From NCBI GenBank assembly GCA_902500705.1, contig CABVRR010000002.1, positions 1 through 62,026 of the forward strand: a stretch of DNA of 62,026 nt, read 5' to 3'. The notes beneath the pieces are model-generated. The model ran no database searches, had not been told where the DNA came from, and saw only the letters and a program-made list of their open reading frames with translations. The DNA is from an uncultured Nitrospira sp. (GTDB lineage: Bacteria; Nitrospirota; Nitrospiria; Nitrospirales; Nitrospiraceae). A program made the position numbers and the translations under genes. Positions 58,988 to 62,026 of this stretch are shown here, piece by piece; within the stretch, counting starts at the first letter, position 1, and each line of letters begins with the position of its first letter.

Positions 58988-60045
58988 CGACATGGCACGT
59001 GATCCGTCAACAGTCGCCGCAAAACATCAACCACGTGAGTCGGCGTGATGCGATGAAGACATTCCAATTCAGGATCGTGTCGGCAGACTCGACTAAAACA
59101 AGGGCTGCAGGAAACCCCTCCGGTCAATACCTGATGGCCATCTCCATATGGTCCGGTCCGCGTCGCACTCGTCGGTCCGAACAGTGCCACCACAGGAACC
59201 GCAAGACCCGCCGCAATATGCATCGGCCCGGAATCATTCGTAATCATGGCGGTCGCGTGAGAAAGTAAGGCCGGTACACACCCTAATGGGATCTCACCGC
59301 TCAAGTCGATGAACGGACGATCTGTCAGCGCTCGCAACTGATTCGTGGCGGCACGCTCTTCCGGCCCGCCGATCATCACGATTGGACCAAGATGCGCCTC
59401 GTACAGCTGATCCACAACGGCTGCGAAAGATGACAACGGCCAGCGCTTTGTCGGCCACCTCGCCCCGATGCTCATGGCAATCCACGGTTTGTCTACGGAA
59501 AAGCCTCTGCGTCGGCAAAGCTCGCGAACGGTCGTCAGATCCTCTTCCAGCAACCTGAACCCAAATCGCGGTGTGCTCGGCAACGACACACCCAAGGCCG
59601 CAGCAACCGAGAGATATCGGTCAACCGCGTGGACGTCAGCATGAAGAACCGGCACGCGATGCGTGTAGAAGAATGGACTTCCTTCTCTCCCATTCGCGAA
59701 TCCGATGCGTATCGGAGCACCGCTGAGCCACGCTACGATGCCGCTGCGAAACAGTCCTTGCAAATCAATGGCAAGAGCAAACCGCTGTGCGCGTAACGCC
59801 ATGGCTTCTGTGATCCAACTGCTCACCGTCGGCTCCACAGGCCACACACAGTCCACCCCGTCCGCCCGTTCGACAAGGTCGGCCCACTGGCGCTTGACCA
59901 GCCACGTCAGATGCGCCTCCGGCCATTGGGCTTTGATCGCCGAAACGACCGGAAGCGCATGAACGATATCTCCAAGAGAACTGGGTTTGATCAAAAGAAT
60001 GCGGGCGCGGTTCATTGCGACATCGAGAGGGTTGAGAGACGGCAT
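58984..60045 (-). CDS. GT9 LPS heptosyltransferase (WaaC/WaaF-like)
   Basis: IKPSSLGDIVH, DLQGLFRS, NDSGPMHIAA, LFGPT, CSPCF...C; start uncertain (60045 or 60015). Confidence 0.9.
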   Translation of the reverse strand: MPSLNPLDVAMNRARILLIKPSSLGDIVHALPVVSAIKAQWPEAHLTWLVKRQWADLVERADGVDCVWPVEPTVSSWITEAMALRAQRFALAIDLQGLFRSGIVAWLSGAPIRIGFANGREGSPFFYTHRVPVLHADVHAVDRYLSVAAALGVSLPSTPRFGFRLLEEDLTTVRELCRRRGFSVDKPWIAMSIGARWPTKRWPLSSFAAVVDQLYEAHLGPIVMIGGPEERAATNQLRALTDRPFIDLSGEIPLGCVPALLSHATAMITNDSGPMHIAAGLAVPVVALFGPTSATRTGPYGDGHQVLTGGVSCSPCFSRVCRHDPELECLHRITPTHVVDVLRRLLTDHVPCR

Positions 60046-60133
60046 CGGACCACCTTCCAGCAAGCCCTGTCGCGTCACCACCGAAAGACGGAGCACGAAT
60101 ATGTAGGCTGATGTTCACACCGTCTGAGTCGAT

Positions 60134-61135
60134 TCACCGATGCTCCACGGCAAAGGTGTGAACCTGAGGAGCATAGAGCTGATCAAGCAATGATTTGCCG
60201 CTCTGTGCGTCCGCCGTTTCCCGCCGCTCTTGCAAGGATCGGCAGAGGCGCTGCCAGGCTCGCAAGTACGGAGTCGGGGTCAAGTGGCGTCGTACGTTGC
60301 TGTGCTGTCGCACGATCCGCGAGATCCACGCACAATTTCCTGGAATCGCAGCAGCGTAAGGCTCCTGAATCAACGGCTCACGACGAGACAAGAACATCGT
60401 GATATTCCCACCGTCACGGGAGATCAGATGCCGAGATTCATACAGTCCATGCTTTTTGGCCAGTCTCCGCAAGGACACCACATTGAAGTTGTAGAGATGG
60501 GCTTCATGAAACGTGCTGCGAGGAGCCTGGCAGGTCGCCTCCACGTTCGGAACTTCCACCACAAGCGTGCCGTCAGGTTTCAACCAGGATCGAAGCAGGG
60601 CTAAGACAGACCCCGGATCTTCCGTATGCTCGAGAACATGCCAGATCGTCACGACATCAAACGATTCCGGTGAACATGTCGCATCTTGGACGAACCCGAC
60701 CTGAACCGTCAGCCCATAGTCTTGGATCGAGTAGTCGGCATACCCTTTATTCGGTTCGATTCCCCTCACCTGATGCCCAAGCGATTGCAACAAATAGGCG
60801 AACTCCCCGCCGCCGGTGCCGACATCGAGAACGGCCTTCCGACTCGACAGTAGTGACTCAATCTTTTCAAATCGCGACAAGGCCACATGGCCGGCACGCA
60901 AGACATGCTTGGGCTTCGGGCTGTAGCTGTGTTTGTAGGAGAGACGATACTCCTCCTCATAAAACTGCCTGGCGTCATGGGGCCGTGGGTCCGACCACAC
61001 CAACCCACAGGCTTGGCAAATGACAGTTCGCAAAGGTTTCCCGCTTCGGCTTCTGTTCGAAAGAATCGAGGCCTCGCAACCACCACAGAGATTACAAGGG
61101 ATGGAACATGCGGTCACGAGCTGGTTCACTCCCAT
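60134..61135 (-). CDS. Class I SAM-dependent methyltransferase with N-terminal Zn-ribbon
   Basis: CNLCG...C..CG; VLDVGTGGG, GIEP, WHVLEH, LKPDG.L.VEVPN. Confidence 0.88.
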   Translation of the reverse strand: MGVNQLVTACSIPCNLCGGCEASILSNRSRSGKPLRTVICQACGLVWSDPRPHDARQFYEEEYRLSYKHSYSPKPKHVLRAGHVALSRFEKIESLLSSRKAVLDVGTGGGEFAYLLQSLGHQVRGIEPNKGYADYSIQDYGLTVQVGFVQDATCSPESFDVVTIWHVLEHTEDPGSVLALLRSWLKPDGTLVVEVPNVEATCQAPRSTFHEAHLYNFNVVSLRRLAKKHGLYESRHLISRDGGNITMFLSRREPLIQEPYAAAIPGNCAWISRIVRQHSNVRRHLTPTPYLRAWQRLCRSLQERRETADAQSGKSLLDQLYAPQVHTFAVEHR

Positions 61136-61262
61136 CTTGTGCTCTCTTTGCTTACCAAAGTCGACTTTCTTGCCCGGCGTATTCTGCTCCCACAACTTAC
61201 GCCCGCACTCCGATCAACACAAGTCCATACCGGACATACTGTTCTCTCTCCCTATTCTAGGC

Positions 61263-62024
61263 TCACAAGTGTGTGGTCTGACGTCCCCCCCTCTCGACAG
61301 CCCTCCTACCGACATCAGACAACAACCAGTCGGCAGCCTCCACCAGCGAGGAGGCGATCCAATCCGGAGCCGACCCCGAGGCTTTCAGTTGCTCGACTTC
61401 CTGTGGAAGAACCACTCCCGTCGTCACCAGAATACTGCGCACTCCGACTCGTTTCGCCAACTCGATATCACGAAGGTGATCGCCGATCAGATAGGATCGA
61501 TCGAGATCCACCCCCCATTCTCGTATCGCTTGGTCGATCATCCCACGGTTCGGCTTTCGACATGCGCACCCGTCATCAGGGTGATGCGGGCAGAAATAAA
61601 TCGCATCGAGCGACGCGTCGGCAGGCTCGAGCAGACGCATCAATTTCAGATGAATGGCATCCAGCTCAGTACGCGACAAGAATCCTCGCGCAATCCCCGA
61701 TTGATTGGTGACGACGATCAATCGGGCACCGGCTCGTTTCAGACTCGCGAGCGCCTTGGCCACGCCGGGAAACAACTCAAACTGATCGGGGGACTTGATA
61801 TAGCCGGGATCGGGATTGAGCGTCCCGTCTCGATCGAGAAAGATCGTATAGCCGGAGAGCATACCCGCTGGGTTTTTCTCGTCGGTATCCGGGCTCTTCT
61901 CACCCGCGACACCGGACACATGACACGGATCCCCAAGCTGTTGCATGGCCGTGTCATACACTCGATCAACGGAGATCCGAGTCATACAGCGGTGATCGAT
62001 CGGACATTCCCGGAGAAGGCAGGG
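61263..62024 (-). CDS. gmhB: C-terminal part of a GT9 heptosyltransferase (WaaF-like) fused to D,D-heptose 1,7-bisphosphate phosphatase; 5'-truncated by the window edge
   Basis: Frame open to the window end: PCLLRECPIDHRCMTRISVDRV (GT9 C-terminus), linker, then FLDRDGTLN, VTNQSG, CPHHP..C.CRKP, IGD. Confidence 0.88.
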   Translation of the reverse strand, partial: PCLLRECPIDHRCMTRISVDRVYDTAMQQLGDPCHVSGVAGEKSPDTDEKNPAGMLSGYTIFLDRDGTLNPDPGYIKSPDQFELFPGVAKALASLKRAGARLIVVTNQSGIARGFLSRTELDAIHLKLMRLLEPADASLDAIYFCPHHPDDGCACRKPNRGMIDQAIREWGVDLDRSYLIGDHLRDIELAKRVGVRSILVTTGVVLPQEVEQLKASGSAPDWIASSLVEAADWLLSDVGRRAVERGGRQTTHL

Positions 62025-62026
62025 CG

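Overview
Bacterial chromosomal window, most likely Nitrospira or a relative (inferred from gene content and order, not verified). Positions 1-9.3 kb hold housekeeping genes (HD-domain tRNA nucleotidyltransferase, TtuB/ThiS-like carrier, TatD, NYN nuclease, AMIN amidase, TruA), a patch of small secreted proteins (a lysine-rich 15-aa-repeat peptide behind a sigma54-like promoter, an FN3 lipoprotein, a CsbD/LEA-like protein, DUF3015, PsiF) and an Fe/Mn SOD. From 9.4 kb to the end, all credible genes lie on the minus strand. They comprise cysE, ispF, ispD, degP, fbaB, fbp, DUF3108, PMM/PGM, manC and kdsC, followed by a ~43 kb LPS core/O-antigen/surface-glycan locus. That locus contains rmlD, rmlB and a frameshifted rmlA; CapD; several GT2/GT4/GT9 enzymes; a WaaL with a Cys-repeat insertion; methyltransferases; a DedA + GtrB-like + GT-C cassette; Wzm/Wzt; and a Wzx-like flippase. 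It also encodes an unusual sugar pathway (B12 radical SAM, HddA/HddC-like kinase and nucleotidyltransferase, Fcl-like reductase, minimal two-subunit TPP enzyme, ColD-type dehydratase), UpxY and wHTH regulators, and a WaaF-GmhB fusion cut by the window edge. No rRNA, tRNA, CRISPR array or mobile element was recognised. All product calls come from motif recognition by eye; no database search was run.
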